A stretch of DNA of 64,000 nt from Candidatus Caldarchaeales archaeon (lineage in GTDB: Archaea > Thermoproteota > Nitrososphaeria_A > Caldarchaeales > Wolframiiraptoraceae), in assembly GCA_039630055.1 (NCBI GenBank), contig JBCNVN010000002.1:1-64000 (forward strand), read 5' to 3'. A program made the translations under genes and the position numbers. The notes beneath the pieces are model-generated. The model saw only the letters and a list, made by a program, of their open reading frames with translations, had not been told where the DNA came from and did not search any database. Of this stretch, positions 31,973 through 42,046 are shown piece after piece (positions within the stretch are counted from its first letter, which is position 1; each line of letters opens with the position of its first letter).

Positions 31973-33382
31973 TTATACTGGTAATTCGCCTTCTCTCCAC
32001 GTTTGGTTAATCCAACTATAGGCGAGCGTCCCCGCTTTTGGATCTGGTGCCCCTTCCCATCCTTCTGGAACAGTAATCTTTGATATGGGTATTGTTATCG
32101 GGTTTGCTAATATGCTAAATCCATATCGTGGATCGTATTTAGAGATCCCTACTATCCCGTCTTTATAGCATTGATGTTTATTCGGTTTCCTAGCTCTTAC
32201 ATGTATAGGACCAGCTGGACCATAGATAGTCATACCTTCTAATGCCTTTATTATATCGTCTACTTCAGGCCATTTTCCAAGCATTGCATATGCTTTCTCA
32301 ACAGCATTCTTATACATGTACACAGCAACGTAAGCGCCTTCTGAAGGACTATCTGGATATGTTCCCCATCTACGATAATAATTTTCTACGAATGCTTTGT
32401 TTATGGGATACTTATCCCATTCAGGATACAAGAAGAAGTAATTAGAATGTACTCCTGCAATATGTCCATCTGGAAAGTCTTTAACAGCTTCAGCTGGACT
32501 TGCTGCATGCGCTATACATGATACGTATTTTGTCTTTTCGAATAGTCCATAACCCATAGCTTGTTTATAGAAGTTTATAAGGTCAGCTCCCCATAATGAT
32601 GAAGCCACGATATCTGGTCTGCTAGCAATGATTTCAGTAATGTAAGGTGAGAAATCAGTAACTTTAAAGAGACCTGGAAAAGCTTCATAAACGACTTCAA
32701 CCCTATCTTTACCTAATACTTTTTCAAGTGTTATCTGTATATGAGCATGGGCGTTCCTTCCATAGGCGTAGTCTGGATGTATATGGGCTACCCTTACTCT
32801 ATCTTTCTCCATTAAATCGAGCAGCTTGATTGCTCCGATTGCAGCTGCAATACCATCTGCCGATTGAATATTCGTAATCCTAAAACAGAATCTCGGATCT
32901 GGAATAACTGATTCAAATAAAAAGTCTGTGCAACCATCTACAAAGAATGTTAAGGTTTGAAGTTCTTCAGCTACTGGACCTACTGCTGGAGTATTTGAAG
33001 AAGATATACATCCCACGTAAAAATCTATTTTTTCATCAAGTACAAGAGTTCTATACTCTCTAACAGTCTCTTCAGGCGCTGTCTCTGATTTTACAACATA
33101 ATTTATCTTTCTTCCTAAGATCCCTCCACGCTCATTTATTTCTTCAATAGCTAATACAGCTCCTTGCATCATCGGCTTACCCCATATTGCTCCTCCTCCA
33201 GTAAGATATGCTTGGATGCCTGCTTTTAGTGGTGTTGTAGGTATTTCTTCTTTAACGGGTGGTGGAGGAGGAGCAATTACACCTCTATACAATTCTGTTC
33301 CAGCTACTCCAGCAACTCCTCCTACAACAAGTCCACTTATCAATCCTTTAAGAAAATCTCTTCTACCAGTTTTTCCGCTCAT
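31973..33382 (-). CDS. LivK-family ABC substrate-binding protein with Tat signal
   Basis: GRRDFLK twin-arginine motif plus TM; AIEEINERGGILGRKI; PDYAYG. Confidence 0.88.
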   Translation of the reverse strand: MSGKTGRRDFLKGLISGLVVGGVAGVAGTELYRGVIAPPPPPVKEEIPTTPLKAGIQAYLTGGGAIWGKPMMQGAVLAIEEINERGGILGRKINYVVKSETAPEETVREYRTLVLDEKIDFYVGCISSSNTPAVGPVAEELQTLTFFVDGCTDFLFESVIPDPRFCFRITNIQSADGIAAAIGAIKLLDLMEKDRVRVAHIHPDYAYGRNAHAHIQITLEKVLGKDRVEVVYEAFPGLFKVTDFSPYITEIIASRPDIVASSLWGADLINFYKQAMGYGLFEKTKYVSCIAHAASPAEAVKDFPDGHIAGVHSNYFFLYPEWDKYPINKAFVENYYRRWGTYPDSPSEGAYVAVYMYKNAVEKAYAMLGKWPEVDDIIKALEGMTIYGPAGPIHVRARKPNKHQCYKDGIVGISKYDPRYGFSILANPITIPISKITVPEGWEGAPDPKAGTLAYSWINQTWREGELPV

Positions 33383-33405
33383 AAATGAAATATAATCCTT
33401 GACCT

Positions 33406-33420
33406 ATATAAAAGTTTAGC
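33406..33420 (-). promoter_or_regulatory. Putative TATA promoter of the Liv-type operon (leaderless)
   Basis: GCTAAAC-TTTTATAT ending about 24 nt upstream of ATG 33382. Confidence 0.5.
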
Positions 33421-33611
33421 AGTAAATTATTATATTTAAGAAGATTTAGATAAAAGATTATTGAGGAGCGAACTTTATCCAAATCCTTCCAGAGGTTTCT
33501 ACTTAAAGATAGAGTATGTAAAATCTTCCATAGACTTTCTTCTAGTATTGTGATAAACTTCTTTATGCTTAAAAGATTAAAAGCATAAATCAATGTTAAC
33601 AGATTATTTAT

Positions 33612-34846
33612 TTGATGTTTAAGCTTAGAAGAGAGTGGTGTATACTAGTTACTACATTCCTAGTTGTTAGTATACTTCTCCCTCAAGCCTCTGCACTTAA
33701 TACTTCAGCTCTATGTCTAGATTATGGAAAACCGCTTAGAGAATTTTCAAGATTTCTTGAAGTTGAATTCATTGGAGATAGTCTTAAAAAACGATTCAGT
33801 GGATTAGATACAATATACTTAGCTCAGCTTCCAAGTGGTACTTACGAGGTTACTGCTAGATGGATGAGCGTAGAAGTCGGTAGATGGGTTGTAGAGCTTA
33901 GTGAAAAGAATATTGCATTAAATCTTGAACTAGCTTTAACAGATGTTAGCTTCGAGGTTAGAGATCTTGAAGATAAACCCTTAAGAGATATAGTAGTTGA
34001 GATATCACCTGCGATCTTCGGTAGATTAAATATTACTGAGAACATAATCTCGATAAGAGTTATTCCAACAACTTTAAATTATCTCTTAAAGATCTACTGG
34101 AAGTCGCCAATCTATAAACAATCTATAAATCATATTCTTCAACAACTATAACATTTACTCCATCTAAATTAGAAGCATCTAGAACTCTTAGGCTCTCCGT
34201 CAGTAGTGTTGAGTTGAAGATAATCAATAATCTTGGTAGACCATTACCAGCTGCTACTATCTTATTCGCTGGAGTAGAGGTTAAGACGGATGATTTAGGT
34301 AGAGCTGTTTTTGAGCAAGTTCCATTAGAAGTTAATGGTATGCCAATAGAATATGAAGTTAAAGTTCTCAAAGATTCAGAGGCTCTATATTCTGGAGTGA
34401 TCAAGTTCTCAAGAGCTAAGACTACGGAGACTATTGTAGCCGAGTTATATGATTTGAAGATCAAGGTTTAAGGCTCTGCTAACCAGCCTCTCCCATACTC
34501 TGAGGTTACTATTAAGAAGGGGGAAACTGTAATCGGTAATTACTTAACAGATGAAAGTGGAAGCTTAATTATTGAGAGGGTTCTATTAAACTACTATACA
34601 GTTGAAGTTGATTGGAAGGGGTTTAAAGGCTCAGCCATCGTCACGAAAGAAGACTTAAAGATGAATAGGATAATAGTTATCGAGCTTCCGCCCTACACAG
34701 AGATTTTAGGAATACCATTAACATTCTATATGTTCATAGGATTAGTAGTTGGAGCAGTATTTCTAGCATTAGCTATAACTATACTCTTAATTGAGTATAT
34801 TCTCTGGAGGGGTAAGAAGCTTGGAATATATCCTCCGAAAAAGTAG
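33612..34846 (+). pseudogene. Secreted, C-terminally membrane-anchored surface protein (carboxypeptidase-regulatory/Ig-like repeats), disrupted
   Basis: Signal peptide; repeats DKPLRDIVVEI / GRPLPAATI..KTDDLGRAVF / NQPLPYSEV..LTDESGSL; C-terminal TM plus basic tail. 11-bp duplication frameshift at 34108-34129 and in-frame TAA at 34469-34471. Confidence 0.8.
34108..34129. repeat. Perfect 11-bp tandem duplication
   Basis: CAATCTATAAA x2. Confidence 0.9.
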
Positions 34847-34981
34847 GCTGGTAAAAGACTATAGATCGTAAAGATTGGATACTTGAACACAAATCTTTAC
34901 TTTAGCGAGATTGAGAGACCTTAATTTAAGAGAGCATGCTGTTAAGCTTCTTGCTAGGATCTCTTGAAAATATTTACCTAT

Positions 34982-36307
34982 TCATGTTGAGGGTCGATCT
35001 TCTACTTCTTCTCCAACTGGTTCAACTATTAATATATCACCAGACCTTCCAACTACTTTTATCCTCTCTCCAGCTCTTACTTCTACTCTAGATGTAGCTT
35101 TCCAAAGTTCTCCAGAGAGTCTAACATATCCTTCTCTTCCAGATGCTAGATAATCTACTGCTCTACCATACTCGCTAGGTATATCTCCTAGATAGGGCTT
35201 ACTTCTAACTGCTCGTATAGCTTTGTAGATCAAGAAGCTGAAGAAGATGGCTATTACTAGCATAGCTAATGAGATACTCCAGATCATCTCGTTGAACCAT
35301 ATTTGAGAAACGTATTGAGGTCTTGGAGGTGATCCTGCCATTAATATTATCCCCAAGCTTAAAGATAGAATACCTCCTATAGCTACGGCTCCAAAAGTAT
35401 GTGTAAATACTTCATAGATTAGTAGTGCAGCACCGATACCTACGAGGAGAAGTCCTACTAGATTTACATTGAATCCTTGACCCAGTAAACCTATTAAGAT
35501 GAGAATACCTCCAGCTACTTCTGCACCCCATCCAGGTGAGGCGAAACCAAGTATAAGGGTCATGACCCCGACTGCTAATAAGATAGATGATATTAAAGGG
35601 TCTGTCAAGAACTCCATAAAGAATATCTTTAAAGGTTTATCTACCTCCACTAACAAGCTCTTCTTAGTATTTAGTATTATCGATCTACCACTGACTATAA
35701 CTTCTCTTCCATCCACCTTATCTAAAAACTCTTTAGGGTCTCTAGCTATAACTTCTATCACACCTTTATTGAGTGCTTCTTCAGAGCTTAAGACTAAGTT
35801 TTTAGTTACAAAGTATCTTGCAATAGTATCATTTCTATTATTCATCCTTGCTAATGAAGCGATCTCTTCAGAGAGGAAATTGATGAGTTTAGTATCATTA
35901 CTCGGTATACCTCCTACTACAGGTTGACCTGCTCCTATCAATGTGTAAGGTGCCATCCCAGAGATCTTACATGCCATTAAGATATATGTTCCCGCAGACA
36001 TAGCGTTTGCTCCTTCAGGATAGACTAAGCATAAGACTGGCTTACTAGACCTCTGTATCAACTTAATTATCTCTAGAGTAGAACTTGCATCTCCACCTAA
36101 AGTATCTAGAGTTATCAAGACTGCTTCATACTCTCTTGAATTATCTGAGAGAACTATCTTAACATACTCAGTAGTAGAAGGAGAGATGTATCCAGTAATC
36201 TTTAACCAAGCTATCCTACTCTGTTCCTGGTTCTCAACTGTAGATAACTGTACAATAGTTATCAGTAGGAATGATATGAGGAAGACCATTACATAAGTTT
36301 TCCTCAT
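34982..36307 (-). CDS. nfeD: NfeD membrane-bound serine protease (ClpP class)
   Basis: LDTLGG, AMSAGTYI, IGAGQPV, TM bundle, C-terminal GYVRLSGELWKA OB domain. Confidence 0.92.
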   Translation of the reverse strand: MRKTYVMVFLISFLLITIVQLSTVENQEQSRIAWLKITGYISPSTTEYVKIVLSDNSREYEAVLITLDTLGGDASSTLEIIKLIQRSSKPVLCLVYPEGANAMSAGTYILMACKISGMAPYTLIGAGQPVVGGIPSNDTKLINFLSEEIASLARMNNRNDTIARYFVTKNLVLSSEEALNKGVIEVIARDPKEFLDKVDGREVIVSGRSIILNTKKSLLVEVDKPLKIFFMEFLTDPLISSILLAVGVMTLILGFASPGWGAEVAGGILILIGLLGQGFNVNLVGLLLVGIGAALLIYEVFTHTFGAVAIGGILSLSLGIILMAGSPPRPQYVSQIWFNEMIWSISLAMLVIAIFFSFLIYKAIRAVRSKPYLGDIPSEYGRAVDYLASGREGYVRLSGELWKATSRVEVRAGERIKVVGRSGDILIVEPVGEEVEDRPST

Positions 36308-37089
36308 TCTTTCTTCTCACTCTTGATCAATCCGAGTAATGTTCCAAGTTGAGATGAAGTACTCTCAGTTACAACGATCATATTCTTCTCTCTCGCTATC
36401 TCACTCCAAGTTTGGAGCTCTCTTAATCTTAATGCTATAGGGCTTTTAGCGTAATGCTCTGCCGCCTCAGACATCTTCTTTGCAGCTTCCAGCTCTCCTT
36501 CAGCCATGATAACTCTACTCCTCCTCTCTCTTTCAGCTTCTGCTTGCTTGGCCATAGCTCTCTGCATAGCTTCAGGTATCACGACATCTCTAATTGCTAC
36601 AGCAGTAACTTTAACACCCCAAGCCTCAGTAGCTTCATCGAGCATCCCCTGAATCCTCTTACTTAATTCTTCTCTCTTACTAAGTAGCTCATCTAGTTCT
36701 ACTTGACCTATAACATCTCTAAGAGTTGTCTGTGCAAGTAGGTTTGAAGCCATTATATAGTCTTTTACTTTTACAGCAGCAGCGATAGGGTCGCTTACTC
36801 TAAAGTATACTACTGCATCAACATCTACTGTAACATTATCTTTCGTTATTATCCTCTGTTTTGGGACGTCGAATGTAAGCAATCTTAGATCAATTATCCT
36901 TCTTTTATCTATTATTGGGAGTATAACTACTAGTCCAGGACCTTTAGCACCTTTCAATCTACCAACTCTGAATATTACTACTCTTTCATATTCTGTAACT
37001 ATTTTTAAGGATGATGCAATAACTATAATTATGAAGATCAGTATAAAGAATCCGAGGAATAGTGTTGTTGGTTGGATCTGACCAATCAT
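36304..37089 (-). CDS. Stomatin/slipin (SPFH, band 7) protein
   Basis: EYERVVIFRVGR, ITKDNVTVDVDAVVYFRV, AQTTLRDVIG, AKQAEAERERR, LRLRELQT. Confidence 0.95.
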   Translation of the reverse strand: MIGQIQPTTLFLGFFILIFIIIVIASSLKIVTEYERVVIFRVGRLKGAKGPGLVVILPIIDKRRIIDLRLLTFDVPKQRIITKDNVTVDVDAVVYFRVSDPIAAAVKVKDYIMASNLLAQTTLRDVIGQVELDELLSKREELSKRIQGMLDEATEAWGVKVTAVAIRDVVIPEAMQRAMAKQAEAERERRSRVIMAEGELEAAKKMSEAAEHYAKSPIALRLRELQTWSEIAREKNMIVVTESTSSQLGTLLGLIKSEKKE

Positions 37090-37612
37090 AACTATACACT
37101 ATTGCGATCATACAATAACAACAATAAATATTTTACATATAGACACTCTCAGATATTTTACAGACCTCAACGAAATCAAAAGGTTGAAAATTTTTGTAAA
37201 ATCTAGTTAAATTATCTGTATAGACTGGATGCTTGGCTCCTATCCACTGGGCCACATTCAAGAGTTCTATCTTTTAACTTAATACTTTGCTAGCAGTATT
37301 TAAGTTCTACCCAAAATGTTGGATGGAGAGAACAACCAATTTATAGTTAAGATTTTCATGTATGTGAACCTCGCGACTATTGATTAAGATTTGGGCTTAC
37401 TTGATGATGTGATGAGAATTGATGTAAGAGCGTTGATGCCTACTCTATAAAAAGTGGCTGAGGGCAGATGGATTGACAATATCATAACAGGTATAGGTTC
37501 TACTGGATATAGTATGAGATAGTAAATGAATAATTATATAGATTGTGATAATGATGGCCTCTTCTTCTAAATAAGATATAATTATCCGAGAATACTCTTG
37601 AGACATGGAAGC

Positions 37613-38317
37613 ATGGGTATATTTCGTGTAGGTACTTCTGGATATAGTTACTTCTGGAATCCGGATAGACGGAACCCATTTAAATGGTATGTTATGCAAG
37701 GTTTTAAGACTGTTGAGATAAATGCTTCATTCTATTCTTTTCCTAGAGAAACCTGGGTGGAGACCTGGTCTAGAAACTCTCCCGAAGGATTCGATTTCAG
37801 TATTAAAGTTCATAGAAGTATTACCCATCTATCTAGAATGGGTCCGAAGTCTATCGATATTTGGGAGAAGTTTTATCAAGTTTTAAAGCCTATAGAAGGA
37901 AAAATATCTTTCTGGCTTTTCCAGTTCCCAGAGTATTTTAAACCAATCCATGAAAATCTTTTGAGAATTAAAGTATTCTTGAATGAGACAGGTCTTGGAG
38001 ATATGGCTGTATTCGAGTTCCGCGATCCTAGATGGTGGGAGATGACTGATTATATAGAAAGATTGGGTGCAGTCTTCTGTTCAGTAGATGCACCGGGACT
38101 TCCAAGAAAGATCTCTTCTTCAAATAACTATGTATATCTCAGATTACATGGAAGAACAGACTGGTATGCATATAATTACAGTGATAAGGAACTTGAAGAG
38201 ATAGTCAGAGAACTTTTAAAATTAGATCCAGGAAAGAGCTATGTGTATTTTAATAATGATCATGGGATGCTTGAGAATGCTTTAAAGATGAGGAAGATGC
38301 TGGAGGAGAAGATTTGA
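37613..38317 (+). CDS. DUF72 (YecE) family protein
   Basis: VGTSGYSY, TVEINASFY, FSIKVHRSITH, FEFRD, YLRLHGR, YVYFNND. Confidence 0.92.
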   Translation: MGIFRVGTSGYSYFWNPDRRNPFKWYVMQGFKTVEINASFYSFPRETWVETWSRNSPEGFDFSIKVHRSITHLSRMGPKSIDIWEKFYQVLKPIEGKISFWLFQFPEYFKPIHENLLRIKVFLNETGLGDMAVFEFRDPRWWEMTDYIERLGAVFCSVDAPGLPRKISSSNNYVYLRLHGRTDWYAYNYSDKELEEIVRELLKLDPGKSYVYFNNDHGMLENALKMRKMLEEKI

Positions 38318-39132
38318 AGATAGCTATAGACCCATACATCCCTGAACAGATACTAGATTACTTCGAACCTATATCGGGACTAAAAGCAGCTGTCCACGAG
38401 AAATATCTAATATACTTTAACTCAGAGACGATGGTTATAGTAGGATACCCAATAAAAGGAGAGTATAGAGAAGAAGACCTAATAAAAATCATCAATGAAT
38501 ATCGAGAGAAATATGTACTGGGACGGATTGTAGTCATAGCTCCTAGTCTGCCTTCAAGTTTGAGATTTGAAGATGTCAAGGTTGATGAATACTATAGATT
38601 GAGTTTGCCTATAAAGCCTCTAAGCAAGAGGTTAAGATACATGGTCTCGAGAGCTGAAAGAGATGTTACGGTAGATGTTAGCGGAGACCTTAAAAGAGAT
38701 CATATCGATCTGATTAGAGATTTCTTAAAGAGAGAAAATGTTGAAGAGTATATGAGATATATCTGCAACCGTTTAGATAGATATATTTCAAGATCTAAAA
38801 ATGTTAGAATAATTGATGCATATGATAGGAACGGGAGGCTGGTGGGCTTTGACATACTAGATCTCTCATCAACCAAGTATTCATTTTACATGTTTAATTT
38901 TATCAGTAGAGAGAGTAGATATATTCCAGGAGTCTCAGACTTGCTTCTATACAATCTCTTAAAGATATCACAAGAATATGGTAAAGTATATGTGAATATG
39001 GGTCTTGGAATAGATGAGGGTGTTAGGCGGTTCAAGTTGAAGTGGGGTGCAGAATCATTCTTACCATATAATTATGCTGTATTAAAGTCTGAGACCTTTT
39101 CAGAGTTATCAGGACTCTTCTCTAAGCTATAG
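38314..39132 (+). CDS. Uncharacterised GNAT-fold protein (FemAB/DUF2156-like C-terminus)
   Basis: PGVSDLLL..YVNMGLGIDEGVRRFKLKWGA; overlaps the DUF72 stop. Confidence 0.55.
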   Translation: MKIAIDPYIPEQILDYFEPISGLKAAVHEKYLIYFNSETMVIVGYPIKGEYREEDLIKIINEYREKYVLGRIVVIAPSLPSSLRFEDVKVDEYYRLSLPIKPLSKRLRYMVSRAERDVTVDVSGDLKRDHIDLIRDFLKRENVEEYMRYICNRLDRYISRSKNVRIIDAYDRNGRLVGFDILDLSSTKYSFYMFNFISRESRYIPGVSDLLLYNLLKISQEYGKVYVNMGLGIDEGVRRFKLKWGAESFLPYNYAVLKSETFSELSGLFSKL

Positions 39133-39171
39133 GCGGTCACAGTGCTTATAATAGAGGTCTAGGTAAGGTTG

Positions 39172-39357
39172 CTAACCTTTCCTCTCAAAAGTCTTGAACT
39201 GTGTAAAATGACAGTTTCCACAGTAGAATCTATCTTCATGCTCCGCCATTATGTATCCATTTCCACATCTTGGACAGAAGACCGAGTTCTTTACGAGTAC
39301 TCCATCTTTTAAAGAGTATTTTCTCCAAAGATTAACTTTCTTTCCCACCTTTCCCAC
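39172..39357 (-). CDS. rps27ae: 30S ribosomal protein S27ae (eS31)
   Basis: CPRCG..MAEHEDRFYCGNC zinc ribbon; follows rps24e. Confidence 0.93.
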   Translation of the reverse strand: MGKVGKKVNLWRKYSLKDGVLVKNSVFCPRCGNGYIMAEHEDRFYCGNCHFTQFKTFERKG

Positions 39358-39646
39358 CCTCAGTCTGGATTAGAGGATGTTTCTTCAGTATATGTTTTCT
39401 CTCGAATCTCTTTGCATACTCTACATCATCATAGAGATGTATATGAACTCTTGCTTTCAAAGAACCGTAGAAGCTCTCCATCTTCTTTAGTATTACCCTC
39501 TCAGGAGATATATCAAAATATTCTGAGATGAATTTTACAACTTCTTCTCGTTTGGGTAAAGATGATTCATAAGATATGATCAGCTCGAGTTCTCTTCTAT
39601 TTAGAAGCTTATTATACCAATCTCTTGAGAACTTCTCTATCTGCAT
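39332..39646 (-). CDS. rps24e: 30S ribosomal protein S24e
   Basis: NKLLNRREL, PKREEV, FYGS, IHLYDD..AKRFE. Confidence 0.9.
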   Translation of the reverse strand: MQIEKFSRDWYNKLLNRRELELIISYESSLPKREEVVKFISEYFDISPERVILKKMESFYGSLKARVHIHLYDDVEYAKRFERKHILKKHPLIQTEGGKGGKES

Positions 39647-39651
39647 TTAGT

Positions 39652-40095
39652 CTAACCCTCCTTTACTTCTTCTTTCGTAGAGGTCTTATAGGGTATGAGG
39701 ATAGCGTTTATCTGGGCTATTTCATCGCTTATCACATTTCCTCTAATCATCTTCCTTCTCCTAAGACCTTCTTTCCTTCTCCTTAATCTTCTCTTCTTTC
39801 TCTTCGATGCAGGCTTCTCTTTAGACTTAAAACCAACTCCACCAGACAATAATATTCTTACTTTTCTTGGTCCGCTGACATCTGGACGCATCGGGAAGCC
39901 ATCTCTATCTGTACCACCAGTAATTTTTATCTTATGTCCCTTGAGCCCGATTATCGATCCATCTAGTTCATCTCCAATCTTCTTTCCCCAGAATAGTTGG
40001 AATATTCTAGAGTCAAGTTGTATCGTCTTCGCTGTACCATCTGATGGATTTGATAGTACTAGCTTTGGAGTTGCACCCTTTGCCGACATCTTCAA
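39652..40095 (-). CDS. rps6e: 30S ribosomal protein S6e
   Basis: GKKIGDELDG, KITGGTDRDGFPMRPDV, GLRRRKMIRGN, QIN. Confidence 0.95.
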   Translation of the reverse strand: MKMSAKGATPKLVLSNPSDGTAKTIQLDSRIFQLFWGKKIGDELDGSIIGLKGHKIKITGGTDRDGFPMRPDVSGPRKVRILLSGGVGFKSKEKPASKRKKRRLRRRKEGLRRRKMIRGNVISDEIAQINAILIPYKTSTKEEVKEG

Positions 40096-40163
40096 GATTC
40101 TTTGAGATTAATCTAATATATAAATTAGAGAGGTCTTGGTTGATATCTATTGGTAAATTTTTT

Positions 40164-41951
40164 CTATCGAGCCCATAGAGGATCCGAGATACGTTTTATC
40201 TCTACTATCTCGTGGAGAACCTTTTTAGAATCCTCGTCTAGCATATCATAGTATTCTTTTAAGAGCATCCTTGCATCTTGTTCTGGAATAGAGATGTAAA
40301 GTACCTCTCCCTCTCTTATATGTCTACCAACCACTGGTTCTTTCATAGAGATGGCTACTTTAGATCCAGCTCCAGCTTCATGTATACTCTGACCTCTATC
40401 TTGTATCTGGGATATTGCTCCAACGATCTTGCCTCTAGAATTCATCAACGGATGCTTGGGTTTGATTACTCCAGCCAGTACCTCAACTCCCACGATAGCC
40501 GGCTCGCTTCTTCTAAAGACATATCCCTCCATTATCTTTATCTTGGCAGGTTTTATGAGGGATTCGAATGCTTTTAGCTTCCGGTTAGAGGTTTCTTTCT
40601 CAACCCACTCAATGTAGGAGTTAACCAATCTGAATAAGATCGAGTCTTTAAATATCCTTATCCCTTTATTATTTGCTTCAATCTCCAAGTCTGAATCCAC
40701 TTTTACATTGAAAGCTAGTATCACCCCCATCAGTTCATCTTTTAGCCTAACTACCTCTGCCTCGACTACATCCCTCTTACTAACTTCTCCTATATCTGCT
40801 CTTCTAACAGATATGCCTTTCTCATGAAGATATAGTGTGGCGGCTTCCAGAGAGCCTAAGGTATCTGCCTTCAAAACTACGCCGATCTTATCGGTGGTTA
40901 TCCTGAATTCTCCAATCTCATTCTTTATCCTCTGAAGAATATCTTTCTCAACTTCTGGAACTGGAATCACGTAAAGAGGTGAACCCGCTAAGCATTTTTC
41001 AAGGTCTTCTGCAACTATCTTTACTCCTACCGCTGACTCAACCTCATCGACCCTCCTAAACCTATCTCTAGGATCCCTCATCTCATCGAGAGGTTTAGGC
41101 ATCAGCAGAGCTTTCACACGTGTAGAAAAAGGTTCATTTATCCCCATCAACCCTATTCTATCTCCAACCCTCAATACTCCATCGCTTAAGATCACGTTTA
41201 TAGTATGCCCTATCCCAACTTCCTCCATAACTTCTAATACCACGCCCTCCGCTGGACCTGTAGATGTAAGTAGTTTGTCTTGCAGAAAAGATTGAGCCAA
41301 GCCTAATAGGACGAGGAGGAGGTCTGGGATGCCTTCACCAGTCTTCGCGCTAACAGGGATTATTGAAAGAGTCTTGGTGAAGTCTCTTATCCTCGTGTAT
41401 AGATCTGCTTTAAAACCAAAGAATGATAGATCTCCTATCAGCTCATATATTCTCCTATCTAATTCTTCTTGGACATGTCTACTCTGAGATTCAAATGCTT
41501 TTTTGAAGGGTGTTTCTCCACTCGGTTTCCATCCCGGTATGAGATCTATCTTATTTGCTGCAACTACGAATGGCGTCTTTCTCGATCTCAATAGTTGGAT
41601 AGATTCTCTTGTCTGTTCTTGAACTCCGTTTATTATATCTATGACTAGAATTGCTAGATCCGCTACAGATCCACCCCTCTTCCTCAAGTTTGCAAAGGCT
41701 GCATGTCCAGGGGTATCGATGAATAGTAATCCAGGAACCTTGAGTTTCTCGACCTTAACCTCTCCTAAGAGGGCTCTACATGTCTCTATCACGGCTTCTA
41801 GGGGGAAGAGGCTTGCACCTATATGTTGAGTTATCCCTCCAGCTTCTCTAACCGCTACGATCGTCCCTCTCATTTTATCGAGTAATGATGTCTTACCATG
41901 GTCTACATGGCCCAAGACTGCTACGATCGGCTGTCGGAGTCTAACGCTCAA
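40164..41951 (-). CDS. infB: Translation initiation factor 2 (aIF5B)
   Basis: LRQPIVAVLGHVDHGKT, EAGGITQHIGA, IDTPGH, NKID; SD GGAGG before the TTG start. Confidence 0.97.
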   Translation of the reverse strand: MSVRLRQPIVAVLGHVDHGKTSLLDKMRGTIVAVREAGGITQHIGASLFPLEAVIETCRALLGEVKVEKLKVPGLLFIDTPGHAAFANLRKRGGSVADLAILVIDIINGVQEQTRESIQLLRSRKTPFVVAANKIDLIPGWKPSGETPFKKAFESQSRHVQEELDRRIYELIGDLSFFGFKADLYTRIRDFTKTLSIIPVSAKTGEGIPDLLLVLLGLAQSFLQDKLLTSTGPAEGVVLEVMEEVGIGHTINVILSDGVLRVGDRIGLMGINEPFSTRVKALLMPKPLDEMRDPRDRFRRVDEVESAVGVKIVAEDLEKCLAGSPLYVIPVPEVEKDILQRIKNEIGEFRITTDKIGVVLKADTLGSLEAATLYLHEKGISVRRADIGEVSKRDVVEAEVVRLKDELMGVILAFNVKVDSDLEIEANNKGIRIFKDSILFRLVNSYIEWVEKETSNRKLKAFESLIKPAKIKIMEGYVFRRSEPAIVGVEVLAGVIKPKHPLMNSRGKIVGAISQIQDRGQSIHEAGAGSKVAISMKEPVVGRHIREGEVLYISIPEQDARMLLKEYYDMLDEDSKKVLHEIVEIKRISDPLWAR

Positions 41952-42046
41952 CTGTCAACCTCCTAGATAACATGTCTAAAACTATGTTAAAACCGTTATT
42001 CTGATATCTATAAAAATATCGATGGATCTAGGTTCTATGGTATTAT

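Noticed and set aside
37409-37461. C/D-box sRNA-like GTGATGA...CTGA
   Set aside because: Internal D'/C' boxes are poor, guides are AT-rich, and the region also reads as a decayed coding frame.
40164-41951. Possible intein in aIF5B
   Set aside because: Length (595 aa) and continuous G-domain motifs leave no room for an insertion.
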